DNA from: Erysipelotrichaceae bacterium
GTDB taxonomy: Bacteria > Bacillota_I > Bacilli_A > Erysipelotrichales > Erysipelotrichaceae
Direction: 5' to 3'
DNA length: 64,000 nucleotides
Assembly (NCBI GenBank): GCA_022799495.1
Contig: JAAWON010000001.1
Coordinates: 39,684-103,683 of the forward strand
Part shown: one piece after another, positions 42,593 to 53,228 of the stretch
How the letters are laid out: each line of letters starts with the position of its first letter
How positions within the stretch are numbered: the stretch's first letter is position 1
Position numbers and translations under genes: made by a program
The notes under the pieces: generated by a model
The model's input: only the letters and a program-made list of their open reading frames with translations
The model's database searches: none
Told to the model about the DNA's origin: nothing

Positions 42593-42620
42593 CACATGTC
42601 CGGCAGGTGCGGCTTTTTGT
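42577..42620 (+). terminator. ZTP riboswitch terminator
   Basis: gccgacc...tgggca-caca-tgtccg...ggtgcggc-ttttt overlapping aptamer P3. Confidence 0.75.
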
Positions 42621-42668
42621 ATACGCATCGCGAAAAAGAATGCGGATAAACGATAGGAGGTAACAGTG

Positions 42669-44915
42669 ATGCAACATGCATGGAATGGATTTCAAGGCAG
42701 ACTTTGGAAAGAGGAGGTCAATGTCAGAGACTTCATTCAAACCAATTACACCCCTTATGAGGGAGATGAACAGTTTTTAGCAGGTCCCACAGCGGCAACC
42801 ACCCATTTATGGGATGAATTACAGAAGCTGCAAAAAGAAGAGCGAGCAAAGGGTGGCGTATTGGATATGGAGACAGAAATAGTGTCCTCTTTGAACGCTT
42901 ATGGTCCCGGCTATATTAAAGAAGATGAGAAACAGTTAGAACAAGTTGTCGGTTTACAGACCGATCAGCCACTGAAACGCGCCTTTATGCCCTATGGTGG
43001 TATCAAAATGAGTGAGGAAGCATGTAGCACCTATGGCTATACCCCCAGTGAAAAACTCCATGAGATTTTCCACAATTATCATAAAACCCATAATGATGCG
43101 GTATTCGATTGTTATACGCCGCAAATGCGTATGGCGCGCAAAAACAAGATCGTCACCGGTTTGCCGGATACCTATGGACGTGGACGAATCGTCGGTGATT
43201 ATCGTCGTGTCGCGTTATATGGTATTGATTATTTGATTGCGGCAAAGGAAAAAGACAAAGAAAACTGCGGATGTGGTGTCATGAGTGATGATATCATTCG
43301 CCAACGTGAGGAATTGGCAGAACAAATCAAGGCACTCAAAGGAATGAAGGAAATGGCAGCGGCTTATGGCTTTGATATTTCCAAACCGGCACAAAATGCC
43401 AAAGAAGCGGTACAATGGGTATATTTCGGCTATTTGGCAGCGATTAAAACGCAAAATGGCGCCGCAATGAGCGTTGGACGCATCGCTACCTTCCTTGATA
43501 TCTATATTGAACGAGACTTACGCAATGGAGTGTTGAGCGAAGAAGCCGCACAAGAATTGATTGACCATATGACAATGAAATTCAGAATGGTAAAATTTGC
43601 GCGTATCCCCTCTTATAACCAGTTATTCTCCGGCGATCCAGTATGGGCTACCTTAGATCTTGCCGGACTTGGCATGGATGGGCGGCATATGGTAACGAAA
43701 AGCGATTATCGCTTCTTACGCACTTTAGAGAATATGGGACCGGCACCGGAACCCAATCTCACCGTATTGTATTCTTCCCATCTGCCGGAAAGTTTCAAGC
43801 GTTATGCGGCCCGTATCTCCATCCAAACCTCCTCTGTCCAATATGAAAATGACGATGTAATGCGCCCGGTATGGGGCGATGATTATGCGGTGTGCTGTTG
43901 TGTATCGGCAACGCAAACCGGCAAGGAAATGCAGTTCTTCGGTGCCCGTGCCAATCTGGCAAAATGCCTTCTATATGCGATCAATGGCGGTATGGATGAG
44001 AAAAGCAAAACACAAGTCGGCCCTGAATATGCCCCGATCACAGATGAATACTTAAACTTCGATACCGTGATGCATAAATACGATATCATGATGGAATGGC
44101 TCGCTGATCTTTATGTCAACATTTTAAATCTGATTCAGTATATGCATGATAAATACTACTATGAGGCTGCTCAAATGGCGTTGATTGATACTGATGTACG
44201 CAGAACCTTTGCGACCGGTATCGCTGGGTTTTCTCATGTGGTAGATTCTTTATCCGCAATTAAGTATGCGAAGGTCAAAACGATTCGCGATGAAAACGGT
44301 TTGGTCGTAGACTTTGAAACAACCGGTGACTTCCCCCGTTATGGCAATGATGATGATCGGGCAGATGATATCGCTGTATGGTTATTGAAAACATTCATCG
44401 AAAAGATCAAAAAGCGTCATACTTACCGCAATTCCGAGCCAACCACTTCTATTTTAACCATTACCAGCAACGTGGTATATGGCAAAGCCACCGGTGCTCT
44501 GCCGGATGGCCGCAAAGCCGGAGCACCACTAGCGCCGGGCGCCAATCCCGCCTATGGTGCGGAACAAAGCGGTTTACTCGCATCGCTCAACTCCGTCGCA
44601 AAACTGCCTTATGAATATGCGTTAGACGGTATCTCCAACACGCAGACGATCAATCCCGAAGCACTGGGTCATAATGAAGCAGAGCGCATCGACAATCTAG
44701 TAGCGGCATTGGATGGTTACTTCGACCAAGGTGCCCATCATCTCAATGTCAACGTATTTGGCATTGAGAAGTTAAAAGATGCGATGGAACATCCGGAAAA
44801 AGAGGAATATGCGAATTTCACAATCCGTGTGTCCGGCTATGCGGTGAAATTTATTGATTTAACCCATGAACAACAATTGGATGTCATTGCACGTACTTGC
44901 CATAGTCATCTATAA
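42669..44915 (+). CDS. pflB: pyruvate formate-lyase
   Basis: [20 protein letters not shown] active site, TIRVSGYAV glycyl radical motif. Confidence 0.98.
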   Translation: MQHAWNGFQGRLWKEEVNVRDFIQTNYTPYEGDEQFLAGPTAATTHLWDELQKLQKEERAKGGVLDMETEIVSSLNAYGPGYIKEDEKQLEQVVGLQTDQPLKRAFMPYGGIKMSEEACSTYGYTPSEKLHEIFHNYHKTHNDAVFDCYTPQMRMARKNKIVTGLPDTYGRGRIVGDYRRVALYGIDYLIAAKEKDKENCGCGVMSDDIIRQREELAEQIKALKGMKEMAAAYGFDISKPAQNAKEAVQWVYFGYLAAIKTQNGAAMSVGRIATFLDIYIERDLRNGVLSEEAAQELIDHMTMKFRMVKFARIPSYNQLFSGDPVWATLDLAGLGMDGRHMVTKSDYRFLRTLENMGPAPEPNLTVLYSSHLPESFKRYAARISIQTSSVQYENDDVMRPVWGDDYAVCCCVSATQTGKEMQFFGARANLAKCLLYAINGGMDEKSKTQVGPEYAPITDEYLNFDTVMHKYDIMMEWLADLYVNILNLIQYMHDKYYYEAAQMALIDTDVRRTFATGIAGFSHVVDSLSAIKYAKVKTIRDENGLVVDFETTGDFPRYGNDDDRADDIAVWLLKTFIEKIKKRHTYRNSEPTTSILTITSNVVYGKATGALPDGRKAGAPLAPGANPAYGAEQSGLLASLNSVAKLPYEYALDGISNTQTINPEALGHNEAERIDNLVAALDGYFDQGAHHLNVNVFGIEKLKDAMEHPEKEEYANFTIRVSGYAVKFIDLTHEQQLDVIARTCHSHL

Positions 44916-44984
44916 TATCATCTAGTATTAACTGAATAATTAGCAATTTTCATCTTGTTTTATGTATAGAAAGGAGGCATGCGA

Positions 44985-45740
44985 ATGGATTCAATCAAAG
45001 GGCGGCTGCATTCCATCGAAAGTTTTGGTTGTGCCGATGGTCCCGGTATTCGCTTTGTCATCTTTTTGCAGGGGTGCCATATGCGCTGTGCCTATTGTCA
45101 TAATCCCGATACTTGGTCCCTGCATGAAGGGCGTTTGGTGGATGCACAAACACTGTTTCAACAAGCCCTGCGTTATCGTACCTATTGGAAGAATGGCGGC
45201 GGTATAACGATTAGTGGTGGTGAACCACTCTTACAGATTGATTTTGTGCTTGAACTGCTTGCCTTAGCAAAACAGCATGGCATTCATACTGCGATTGATA
45301 CCGCTGGGCAGCCATTCTGTGAAACGCCATCATTTCTAGCCAAAATGGAGCGGCTCTGCGAACTATGCGACTTGTTTCTGCTTGATATCAAGCACATAGA
45401 CCCCATCATTCACAAACAACTCACCGCTCATGATAACCAAAATATACTTGCGCTTGCCCGTTATCTGAATGCGCATCACAAACAGATGTGGATTCGCCAT
45501 GTATTGCTCAATCACCACAACAGTGATGACAAACACCTGTATGCCCTGCGTGCCTTTATCGACACCTTAGAGCATGTCGAACAAGTGCAAGTTCTCCCCT
45601 ATCACACCTTGGGTATCCACAAATGGGAGCGCATGGGACTCACTTATCCACTCGCCTCCTTACCAATCCCGGATGAGGCACTGATCACCCATGCCAAACA
45701 TATCCTTTGTCAGAAGCAACTTGAATCGAAACAGGAATGA
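44985..45740 (+). CDS. pflA: pyruvate formate-lyase activating enzyme
   Basis: DGPGIRFV.FLQGC.MRC.YCHNPD, SGGEP, LPYH. Confidence 0.96.
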   Translation: MDSIKGRLHSIESFGCADGPGIRFVIFLQGCHMRCAYCHNPDTWSLHEGRLVDAQTLFQQALRYRTYWKNGGGITISGGEPLLQIDFVLELLALAKQHGIHTAIDTAGQPFCETPSFLAKMERLCELCDLFLLDIKHIDPIIHKQLTAHDNQNILALARYLNAHHKQMWIRHVLLNHHNSDDKHLYALRAFIDTLEHVEQVQVLPYHTLGIHKWERMGLTYPLASLPIPDEALITHAKHILCQKQLESKQE

Positions 45741-45783
45741 AATGAAACAGGAATTGAAAACAGCACAAGCAAATGATTAATCC

Positions 45784-45813
45784 AAATGGAGGTATCGCAT
45801 GCCTCCATTTTTT
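45784..45813 (+). terminator. intrinsic terminator after pflA
   Basis: aaatggaggta-tcgca-tgcctccattttttt. Confidence 0.7.
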
Positions 45814-46048
45814 TATCCTCTGCTTTTTTCCTTCGTTTTTTTATCCTCTATTTTTTTATCCGCTGTTTTTCCCTTTGATCTTTACGCAACTTTCAATCAT
45901 AAGCGAGGTTTCTGTTTTTCAATATGTTTTTCAATATGTTTTTCTATCTGTTTTTCATTCATTTTTCTTCATTTTTCTTTTGCCAAAGATTGAAAAAGAC
46001 GTGCAAATTTTCATTAAAAATGCTAAAATAAACTGATGGAAAGGTTGG

Positions 46049-49000
46049 ATGCACATGGAATTTACAATCGCCCAGATTAAGGATTTTGCCGGCAATACCG
46101 AAATTATGAAACAAGCAGAAGAATTGGTTAAGGCAAAACGGGTCGTATCGCTGGAGATTGATGATTTTTCTGTATCCGATCTGATTTTAATCAACGCTAC
46201 CCTACAAGATGACAAGCATTATTATGAAGTAAATATGTCAGTGGATAAAGATGATTATCTGGTTAAGGCACATATGTGTAATTGTCCCGAGCACAAGGAA
46301 AGCGCCATGCCCTGTGTGCACTGTACTGCGGTATTGTTAAAAATATATAGCGAACATGAACATGATCCGCACAAAGCAGTGAAACAGGACGGTCACCTTC
46401 AAGATCCATGGGCATTGAAACTGATGAGCACCTATGAGAATGCCATCGTTTACTCCACCTTGGCCATGAATCTGAACCAAAGCATTCACATCGAGCCGGT
46501 ACTGGAAATCCGTGATCATGAAATTATGGCAGTCACATTGAAGGTCGGTGAAACCAAGCAGTATATAGTAAAAGACTTGGCGCTTTTCTTAGAGGATATC
46601 GAGCATAATATTCGCAAGCGTTATGGCCGCGAACTGATCTTCCTGCATAATCGCAACAGCTTTGATGAAGCCTCACAACGCTTGCTTGACTTTTTGTATG
46701 CGCACAAAATCGACAGCACCTATTTCACAAACACCTATCGCTATCGTAACTGCCCCGAAAGTAAAAATCTCTGTCTTACGCCACACGCATTGGATGAATT
46801 TTACCATTTATATGAAGGCCAAGACATCTTTTATCGCATCAAAGAGAAAACATTAGTGAACATGAAATTGATCAACGGCAATCCCCCCCTTCATGTGCTC
46901 ATTGAAAAACAGGAAAACGCTTATCGCATTGCGTTATCCGATCTGAAATTTCTAATCTTTCAAGGCAATGAAACGATCTATATCCTCTATCAGCACTGCC
47001 TGTATCGCTGTACGCCTTCCTTCGCCCAGCGCACCAAACACTTTTTGACAACGATTCGTAATAAACGCGATGCATTGATGATTCCTTTGGAACATATGAG
47101 CGCCTTTTATAACAATGTCATTCTCTCAATTAAAAATGAATTGCCGATTCGCGGTGCGGATATCTCTGAATTTGCGCCGCTACCATTGATCTGTCGTCTC
47201 TATTTGGATCTGCCCAAACCACAGCTTCTTTCTGCGCGGCTGCTTTACTGTTATGGGTTCGATGAATACAATGCATTTAGTGATGAAGCGATTTCTACCG
47301 CCCGCAATTTCAATGATGAAATCGCTGTGCGCCTTGTTTTATCACGCTATATGAGCCGAATTGATGCGGCAAGCGGCTATGCCTATATTGAAAATGACAC
47401 TGATGCATTATATGAATTTCTGCATAATGGAATCAATGAATTATCCACACATTGTGAAATCTACGCCGGAGAATTGTTACATACGATGAAAATTAAAGAC
47501 GATTTTCATATCTCCATGGGTGTACGAATTGAATCTAACTTATTGGAAATCAACTTTGATACCTATGATTTCCCAATCGAGGAATTGGGTGAGGTGCTCA
47601 AAGCATATCGCCTCCATAAGAAGTACTATCGGATGAAAAACGGTGTCTTTGTCAATCTTGAGGACAGTGCGCTATCAGAGCTTTCCTTTATCTTAGAAAG
47701 TATCCATGTAAAGGAAAAGGATCTGGTAGAAGGCCATGTCGCAGTAGATCGCTTCCGTTCACTCTATCTGGACAATGTGCTGAAACAAAGCAATATGATC
47801 CGAATCGAACGCGAGAGTTCTTTCAAAGATATTGTCCGCAGTGTCAAAGATTTTGAGGATGGTGATTTTGCCGTTCCCAAGACAATGAAAGATACTCTGC
47901 GCAATTATCAAAAAAGCGGCTTTCGCTGGTTAAAGACAATGGCTGCCTATGGATTGGGTGGGATACTGGCAGATGATATGGGCATCGGTAAAACAATTCA
48001 GATCATCGCTTTATTACAGGATGAAAAGGATCATCATCGCAATTCTACGACTTTAATCGTTGCCCCCTCCTCCCTTTTATTAAACTGGCAGTATGAAATT
48101 GATAAGTTTTCACATCAATTAAGCAGTCTCATCATTGCCGGAGGAAGCGAAGAGCGCAAAGCATTATTGAATCAATACAAAGATTATGATATTCTGATTA
48201 CTTCTTATGATTATTTAAAACGAGACATTGCGTATTATCAGGATATTACTTTTACTTATCACATCTTAGATGAAGCACAGTATATCAAGAACCATACTAC
48301 GAAGAATGCACAATGCGTAAAGCAGATCAAATCTCTGCATAAGTTTGCTTTAACCGGAACACCGATTGAAAACTCTTTGGCAGAACTCTGGTCCATTTTT
48401 GATTTTCTCATGCCCGGGTATTTGTATCACTATGCATATTTTAAGGGTGTTTATGAAATACCGATTGTCAAGGAGAATGACATGGTGGTATTGCAGGAGT
48501 TAAAACGCATGGTAGAGCCATTTATTTTGCGTCGGGTAAAAAAAGATGTATTGAAAGAATTACCGGAAAAGGTAGAAAATACACTGCTGGTAGAATTAGA
48601 AGATGAAGCAAGAAAGCTGTATATGGCCAATGTGGCGATGATTCGCAATGATTTGCAGGCTAGTTTTGCGCGTAGTGGTCTGCCCAAGTCACGCATGATG
48701 GTTTTAAGTATGTTGACAAGATTGCGTCAACTGTGCTGTGATCCGCGATTGTTGTATGAGAATTATAGCGGCAGAAGTGCTAAGTTAGAGGCATGCATGG
48801 AATTGATTGAAAGCAGTATGCAGGCACAGAAAAAGATTCTGTTGTTTTCTCAGTTTACCTCCTTATTGTCCATCATTGAGGAGGAATTAACCAACCACGG
48901 CATTCCTTATTATCTGCTTAAGGGTTCCACGCCCAAAGCACAGCGCCAGCATCTGGTCAATGCGTTTAATACGAATGATATTCCGATTTTCTTAATTTCT

Positions 49001-49282
49001 TTGAAAGCAGGCGGTACCGGTTTAAATTTAACCAGTGCCGAGGTCGTTATTCATTATGATCCATGGTGGAATATCTCCGCCCAGAATCAAGCAACCGATC
49101 GCGCGTATCGCATCGGCCAGCACAATAACGTACAAGTATTTAAACTCATTGCCAAGGATACAATTGAAGAGCGTATCATGAACTTACAGGATCAGAAAAA
49201 GGATCTAGGCGATTCTATCATTACCAGAAGTGAGGGTATGATTACCCAGATGAGTCAGGATGAGATATTGAGTTTATTTTAG
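46049..49282 (+). CDS. SWIM zinc finger / SNF2-family helicase
   Basis: CNC...PCVH SWIM; LADDMGIGKT, DEAQ, LTGTPIEN, SLKAGGTGLNL, QATDRAYRIGQ. Confidence 0.95.
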   Translation: MHMEFTIAQIKDFAGNTEIMKQAEELVKAKRVVSLEIDDFSVSDLILINATLQDDKHYYEVNMSVDKDDYLVKAHMCNCPEHKESAMPCVHCTAVLLKIYSEHEHDPHKAVKQDGHLQDPWALKLMSTYENAIVYSTLAMNLNQSIHIEPVLEIRDHEIMAVTLKVGETKQYIVKDLALFLEDIEHNIRKRYGRELIFLHNRNSFDEASQRLLDFLYAHKIDSTYFTNTYRYRNCPESKNLCLTPHALDEFYHLYEGQDIFYRIKEKTLVNMKLINGNPPLHVLIEKQENAYRIALSDLKFLIFQGNETIYILYQHCLYRCTPSFAQRTKHFLTTIRNKRDALMIPLEHMSAFYNNVILSIKNELPIRGADISEFAPLPLICRLYLDLPKPQLLSARLLYCYGFDEYNAFSDEAISTARNFNDEIAVRLVLSRYMSRIDAASGYAYIENDTDALYEFLHNGINELSTHCEIYAGELLHTMKIKDDFHISMGVRIESNLLEINFDTYDFPIEELGEVLKAYRLHKKYYRMKNGVFVNLEDSALSELSFILESIHVKEKDLVEGHVAVDRFRSLYLDNVLKQSNMIRIERESSFKDIVRSVKDFEDGDFAVPKTMKDTLRNYQKSGFRWLKTMAAYGLGGILADDMGIGKTIQIIALLQDEKDHHRNSTTLIVAPSSLLLNWQYEIDKFSHQLSSLIIAGGSEERKALLNQYKDYDILITSYDYLKRDIAYYQDITFTYHILDEAQYIKNHTTKNAQCVKQIKSLHKFALTGTPIENSLAELWSIFDFLMPGYLYHYAYFKGVYEIPIVKENDMVVLQELKRMVEPFILRRVKKDVLKELPEKVENTLLVELEDEARKLYMANVAMIRNDLQASFARSGLPKSRMMVLSMLTRLRQLCCDPRLLYENYSGRSAKLEACMELIESSMQAQKKILLFSQFTSLLSIIEEELTNHGIPYYLLKGSTPKAQRQHLVNAFNTNDIPIFLISLKAGGTGLNLTSAEVVIHYDPWWNISAQNQATDRAYRIGQHNNVQVFKLIAKDTIEERIMNLQDQKKDLGDSIITRSEGMITQMSQDEILSLF

Positions 49283-49415
49283 AGACAGCCGTACCCTCGG
49301 CTGTTTTTTCATTTTACTTCTCTTGTGTTTCATTTATAAAGAATAAAATGCAGATAAATGCACTTTTTTATTGCCACTTGCGTATAAATATGATAATATA
49401 GTCTAGCAATCGCAT

Positions 49416-49489
49416 AGGGGTGTAGTACAATGGTAGTATGATGGTCTCCAAAACCACAGACGCGGGTTCAATTCCTGCCACCCCTGCCA
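49416..49489 (+). tRNA. tRNA-Trp (CCA)
   Basis: AGGGGTG acceptor stem, anticodon loop CT-CCA-AA, GGTTCAATTCC T-arm, encoded CCA end. Confidence 0.96.
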
Positions 49490-49917
49490 TATAGTTTATA
49501 AAGCCCATAATAAAGGGTTTTTTTATACCTCGTTTTAAAAAATCCAAAAAAAAGAATGTGGATGCGCAAGCCATGCGAAAAAAAATCTATCAAAAAAATA
49601 AAGATCAATCTTAGCCAAGGAATGTCATTTAGCGAAGTTGCGAATGTTTATTTTAATGCTATGAGAGAATAATATGTTAAATTATGCAAACGCTCAAAAA
49701 TGAGCGAGTTGCTTTTATGTGCGTCCAAATTTTGAACGTATATACCTTATTCTAACTTCAGACATTTTTATACAAGACCTACTAATTAAAAATAATCTAT
49801 ATTTTCTAAAAGTATATCTTATTATCCAAACCCAAAAGAAATTATTACTTCCATATTGAATATTAAAAAGTAAAAATGTATAATTCTACTAAACAAAGGG
49901 AGGGGGTGAATTGTATA

Positions 49918-50328
49918 ATGAGTAATTTAGAGCATTTTTATCAAAAAAAAATCAAAACTATGAAGGCGTCTCGTGTTTGGCAATACATTCTTTTATTTAT
50001 TATAGCATATTTGTGTTGGGCAACTATTTCTGTTTCTGTAACTACTTATTCTAATGTTCAAAGTGAAGCACTAAATAAAATCTCTTTACTGATTGTAAAT
50101 AATCAAGACGGTACAGTCATGGCAAATCCTATCAATGCTGATATTTTTAATGCTTATAGCATTGCCGAAAAATCGACCTATAATTTAATTAACTTTTTGA
50201 TCTCAGGTGCGTCACTATTTGCTAGTATTTCAATCGCTGCTATTCTATCTCACATTTTCAATACAGGAAAAGATATAAGGGAATATGAAGAAAAAATTGC
50301 TCTACTCAAAAATCCTGATAGAAAATAA
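49918..50328 (+). CDS. 2-TM hypothetical membrane protein (islet cargo)
   Basis: GGAGGGGG RBS, two hydrophobic helices, charged helical tail. Confidence 0.7.
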   Translation: MSNLEHFYQKKIKTMKASRVWQYILLFIIAYLCWATISVSVTTYSNVQSEALNKISLLIVNNQDGTVMANPINADIFNAYSIAEKSTYNLINFLISGASLFASISIAAILSHIFNTGKDIREYEEKIALLKNPDRK

Positions 50329-50950
50329 TCAGGATTTTCCTTGTTCATTTCTCAAAAAAATGTAGCATTGTGACAAAATAGCATGATTTTCTTAGACGCG
50401 TATATATATCATATGCTAGGGTGTATAGGCGCTACGCTTTACACCCTATTGGTACTTTTTATATTTATATGGATTTTAATGTTACAATGTGACCATGTAC
50501 ATTTTAACCCTTTGTTATCATATTTTCTGAGATAGTGTTCTCATGCTACACTGTGCTACAATATATTACCCCTCAAAAAAAAATATCATTATTTCATCCC
50601 CCTTTTACATAGTTATATAAGTATTATATTTTATATATTATGCTATAACCTGTTTAAGGTAGGCCATAGAAGCGCAGTACCTTTGACCAACAAAAATATA
50701 TGCATGAATGGTCAAAGCAGAACATGATATTTGTTCATACCAAGGTTTAGGCATCACCCAATCAGAGGTGATATGCATCGCGATGATTGATACGATTGAG
50801 AAATTTACGAAAATCAAATAAATAGAGCCGGTGGCGAATCCGTTTTTTATCCCGAAAAAATCCCAAAAAATTGCAAAAATATTCCTGTAACACCCGATAA
50901 ATATATTTATACTGTTTGTGCTATTTATAGTAAAAAACTGTTTAAAACTT

Positions 50951-50972
50951 AATTCCTGCCACCCCTGCCATA
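50951..50972 (+). repeat. attR-like copy AATTCCTGCCACCCCTGCCATA (other copy 49470-49491)
   Basis: Exact 22-bp match to the tRNA-Trp T-loop/acceptor end. Confidence 0.9.
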
Positions 50973-51151
50973 GATCAAGCAAGTTCTCTGCGGAGGACTT
51001 TTTTATTTTCTTTTTCTTGACTGATTTGCCTAACAATAGTCATTTCAGCATGAAACCAGAGTTGTTTTTAATAAACGATATGTTGTCATAATTACATCAT
51101 ACGTTTCAATATCACTTGTTTTACTTTGCGTCATGAATCCTTATTTCACCA

Positions 51152-51180
51152 TTGACAGATACTATAATACCCGATATGAT
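51152..51180 (+). promoter_or_regulatory. sigma-A promoter
   Basis: TTGACA-17 nt-TATGAT. Confidence 0.65.
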
Positions 51181-51206
51181 TATTTCATCCTATGAAAGGA
51201 AGCATC

Positions 51207-52256
51207 ATGAATCAAAAAAACTATCATGCGATTGATCTGATTAAATATATATGTGCCATACTTGTGATCATGGTTCATACAGCCCCCTTATTGCCCAACT
51301 ATGAAACGGCAAATTGGTATTTAATGACCATTTTAGGACGCTTTGTCGTACCGTTCTTTTTTATCAGCACTGGTTACTTTACCTGCCAAAATGCACAGCG
51401 TTATGGCGACAAGTATTTTCGTCGTTATATCATTGCCCTGATTAAAAGTTATCTGATTTGGAGTATTATTTATTTACCATGTGGTATTCATTATATTGCG
51501 ACGGAATTTGATATCCCTTATTATCTCTATCCCATTGCCTTGATCTTTGCACTGATCTATGTGGGAACCTACTTCCATCTATGGTACATACCGGCATTGA
51601 TTTTAGCGTTATTGCTTGTACAATGGTTTATGAAGCATTTTCGCAAACGCTATTTACTAACATTATCCTTTCTTTGTTTTCTCATTGGCGCAATGGAAAC
51701 ATATTATGGTTATATCCACATTCCTTTTATTCGCAATCTGATTGATCATTATATCCGACTATTTTTTACAACCCGTAATGGTTTATTTTTTGGCTTCTTT
51801 TATGTGGCTTGGGGTTATTTCATCGCACAAAAAGACACATGGTTGAAACATGTGCGTCATCATCGTATGTTAATGATTTTATTTTTTGGACTGATGATTT
51901 TAGAAGCCACCTTCATTCACAACTCAGACAATTTAGATTCTAATATTCTGTTAATGGCAGCGCCCTTTACCATTTGCCTGTTTTTATATGCGAAAGATTT
52001 AGATATACAGTGGAATTTACCTTATCATAAACTGCGTGAATATAGTTCACTATATTATTTTACGCATGCATATTTTTTAATCCTAATCCCTTATATATTA
52101 CAAATATTTCATTATGAAATGTGGTTTGAAGCACATGGATTGATCCGTTTTATACTGGTACTATTTATGACGCATTGTGTTTCCTTTCTGCTCATTTACA
52201 TACGCAAACGCAATAAGGAGCGCAAAGCGAAAATTGCCTCGGATCATCTCTTATAA
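51207..52256 (+). CDS. acyltransferase family 3 membrane protein
   Basis: ID..K.I.A.LV...H, R..VPFFF..TGYF, HLWYIPA; resembles VanT membrane domain / OafA. Confidence 0.88.
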   Translation: MNQKNYHAIDLIKYICAILVIMVHTAPLLPNYETANWYLMTILGRFVVPFFFISTGYFTCQNAQRYGDKYFRRYIIALIKSYLIWSIIYLPCGIHYIATEFDIPYYLYPIALIFALIYVGTYFHLWYIPALILALLLVQWFMKHFRKRYLLTLSFLCFLIGAMETYYGYIHIPFIRNLIDHYIRLFFTTRNGLFFGFFYVAWGYFIAQKDTWLKHVRHHRMLMILFFGLMILEATFIHNSDNLDSNILLMAAPFTICLFLYAKDLDIQWNLPYHKLREYSSLYYFTHAYFLILIPYILQIFHYEMWFEAHGLIRFILVLFMTHCVSFLLIYIRKRNKERKAKIASDHLL

Positions 52257-52981
52257 TTTGCATGAAAGAGCCATGCGATGATTCGCTCCATTAGCGCCAG
52301 TAATAGCATAATCCAAAGCGTCCATGCAAAAACCCCGCTCATATCCAGATTCAATCGGCAGATATTCAATTGACGACCAATCCCCACACTTACCTGCCCT
52401 AAAATCTCTGCCATAATACCAACCTTTAAAGCCAATGATAGGCCACTTTTGCATGCTGTATAGAAATAGGAATGCAAAAAAGGCAGATATACATATCGCA
52501 AATCAAACCATTGATTTCCCCCATATAACTTCATCACATCATGATACGAAGTCGGTACATCATGTAATCCTTGAGACAAGGTCGCATATAAAGTAGGAAA
52601 CAGAATAAAGAAACTGATGACCATCACACTGGTCTGCGCAGAACACCAAAACAATACAATCAATATATAGGAAATATTGGGGATACTGCGGGTAACTAAC
52701 AGCAAAGGATAACAAACCTGCCCAAACCATGGATAAAAATAAGTCACAACAGCAAATAACAATGCGGCAGCCAAGGCAATGGAAAAACCACAGATGATGC
52801 GCCACAGCGTTTCGAAAAGACTGAGATAAAACAATTGCGTCTGACATTGTTCCATCATTGTTTTGAATACTGCGAAAGGGCTTGGGACTAAAATGGCTTG
52901 GTTGAGTGAGTGAGCGATAAGATACCATAGAACAAGCAGAAGCACGCTGCCAAGCAATAAACGCTGACTTCGCTTAGTCAT
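52244..52981 (-). CDS. ABC permease (NitT/TauT/SsuC family)
   Basis: PSP..V, ETL.R...GF, K..IMAE.LG....GIG. Confidence 0.88.
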   Translation of the reverse strand: MTKRSQRLLLGSVLLLVLWYLIAHSLNQAILVPSPFAVFKTMMEQCQTQLFYLSLFETLWRIICGFSIALAAALLFAVVTYFYPWFGQVCYPLLLVTRSIPNISYILIVLFWCSAQTSVMVISFFILFPTLYATLSQGLHDVPTSYHDVMKLYGGNQWFDLRYVYLPFLHSYFYTACKSGLSLALKVGIMAEILGQVSVGIGRQLNICRLNLDMSGVFAWTLWIMLLLALMERIIAWLFHANYKR

Positions 52982-53081
52982 ATGTATTCTCCTTCACTTG
53001 TCTTTGTCCAAAAGAACCATATAAGAAAGAAAGGAAGTGCCAAATAGATTTATGGCCTTCAAGAATGATGAAATCATCCAT
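52974..53081 (-). CDS. putative 35-aa small ORF overlapping the permease start
   Basis: AAAGGAAAGGGG RBS; MDDFIILEGHKSIWHFLSFLYGSFGQRQVKENTYD. Confidence 0.4.
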   Translation of the reverse strand: MDDFIILEGHKSIWHFLSFLYGSFGQRQVKENTYD

Positions 53082-53228
53082 ATGGACACCCCTTTCCTTT
53101 TTAATTACATATTACTTGAAATGAAATGTATTCATCAGCAATAGGATAACAGGTTTCATCGTATTTGACAAGTCAAGCGCCACTACGCAAGATATGAAAA
53201 AGGATGCCACTGAAGCATCCTGATTTTA

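Larger units (their letters stand above)
49470..50972. mobile_element. ~1.5-kb degenerate integrative islet at the tRNA-Trp 3' end
   Basis: Flanked by a 22-bp direct repeat of the tRNA 3' end; visibly AT-rich; one intact ORF; no intact integrase. Confidence 0.8.

Noticed and set aside
45740-46036. Short repeats (gtttttcaatat, tttttatcctct, aaacaggaat) and Phe-rich ORFs after pflA
   Set aside because: Low-complexity T-rich intergenic DNA; repeats are irregular with no unique spacers, so not CRISPR, and the ORFs look spurious.
46049-49282. SNF2 helicases as an anti-phage system (DISARM/Zorya-like)
   Set aside because: SWIM-SNF2 housekeeping architecture with no adjacent methylase, nuclease or other defence partners.
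49368-49574. 68-aa minus-strand ORF (MAGVAGIEPAS...)
   Set aside because: Antisense translation of tRNA-Trp.
50638-51036. 132-aa minus-strand ORF
   Set aside because: Crosses the att repeat, lacks an RBS and has no protein-like motif.
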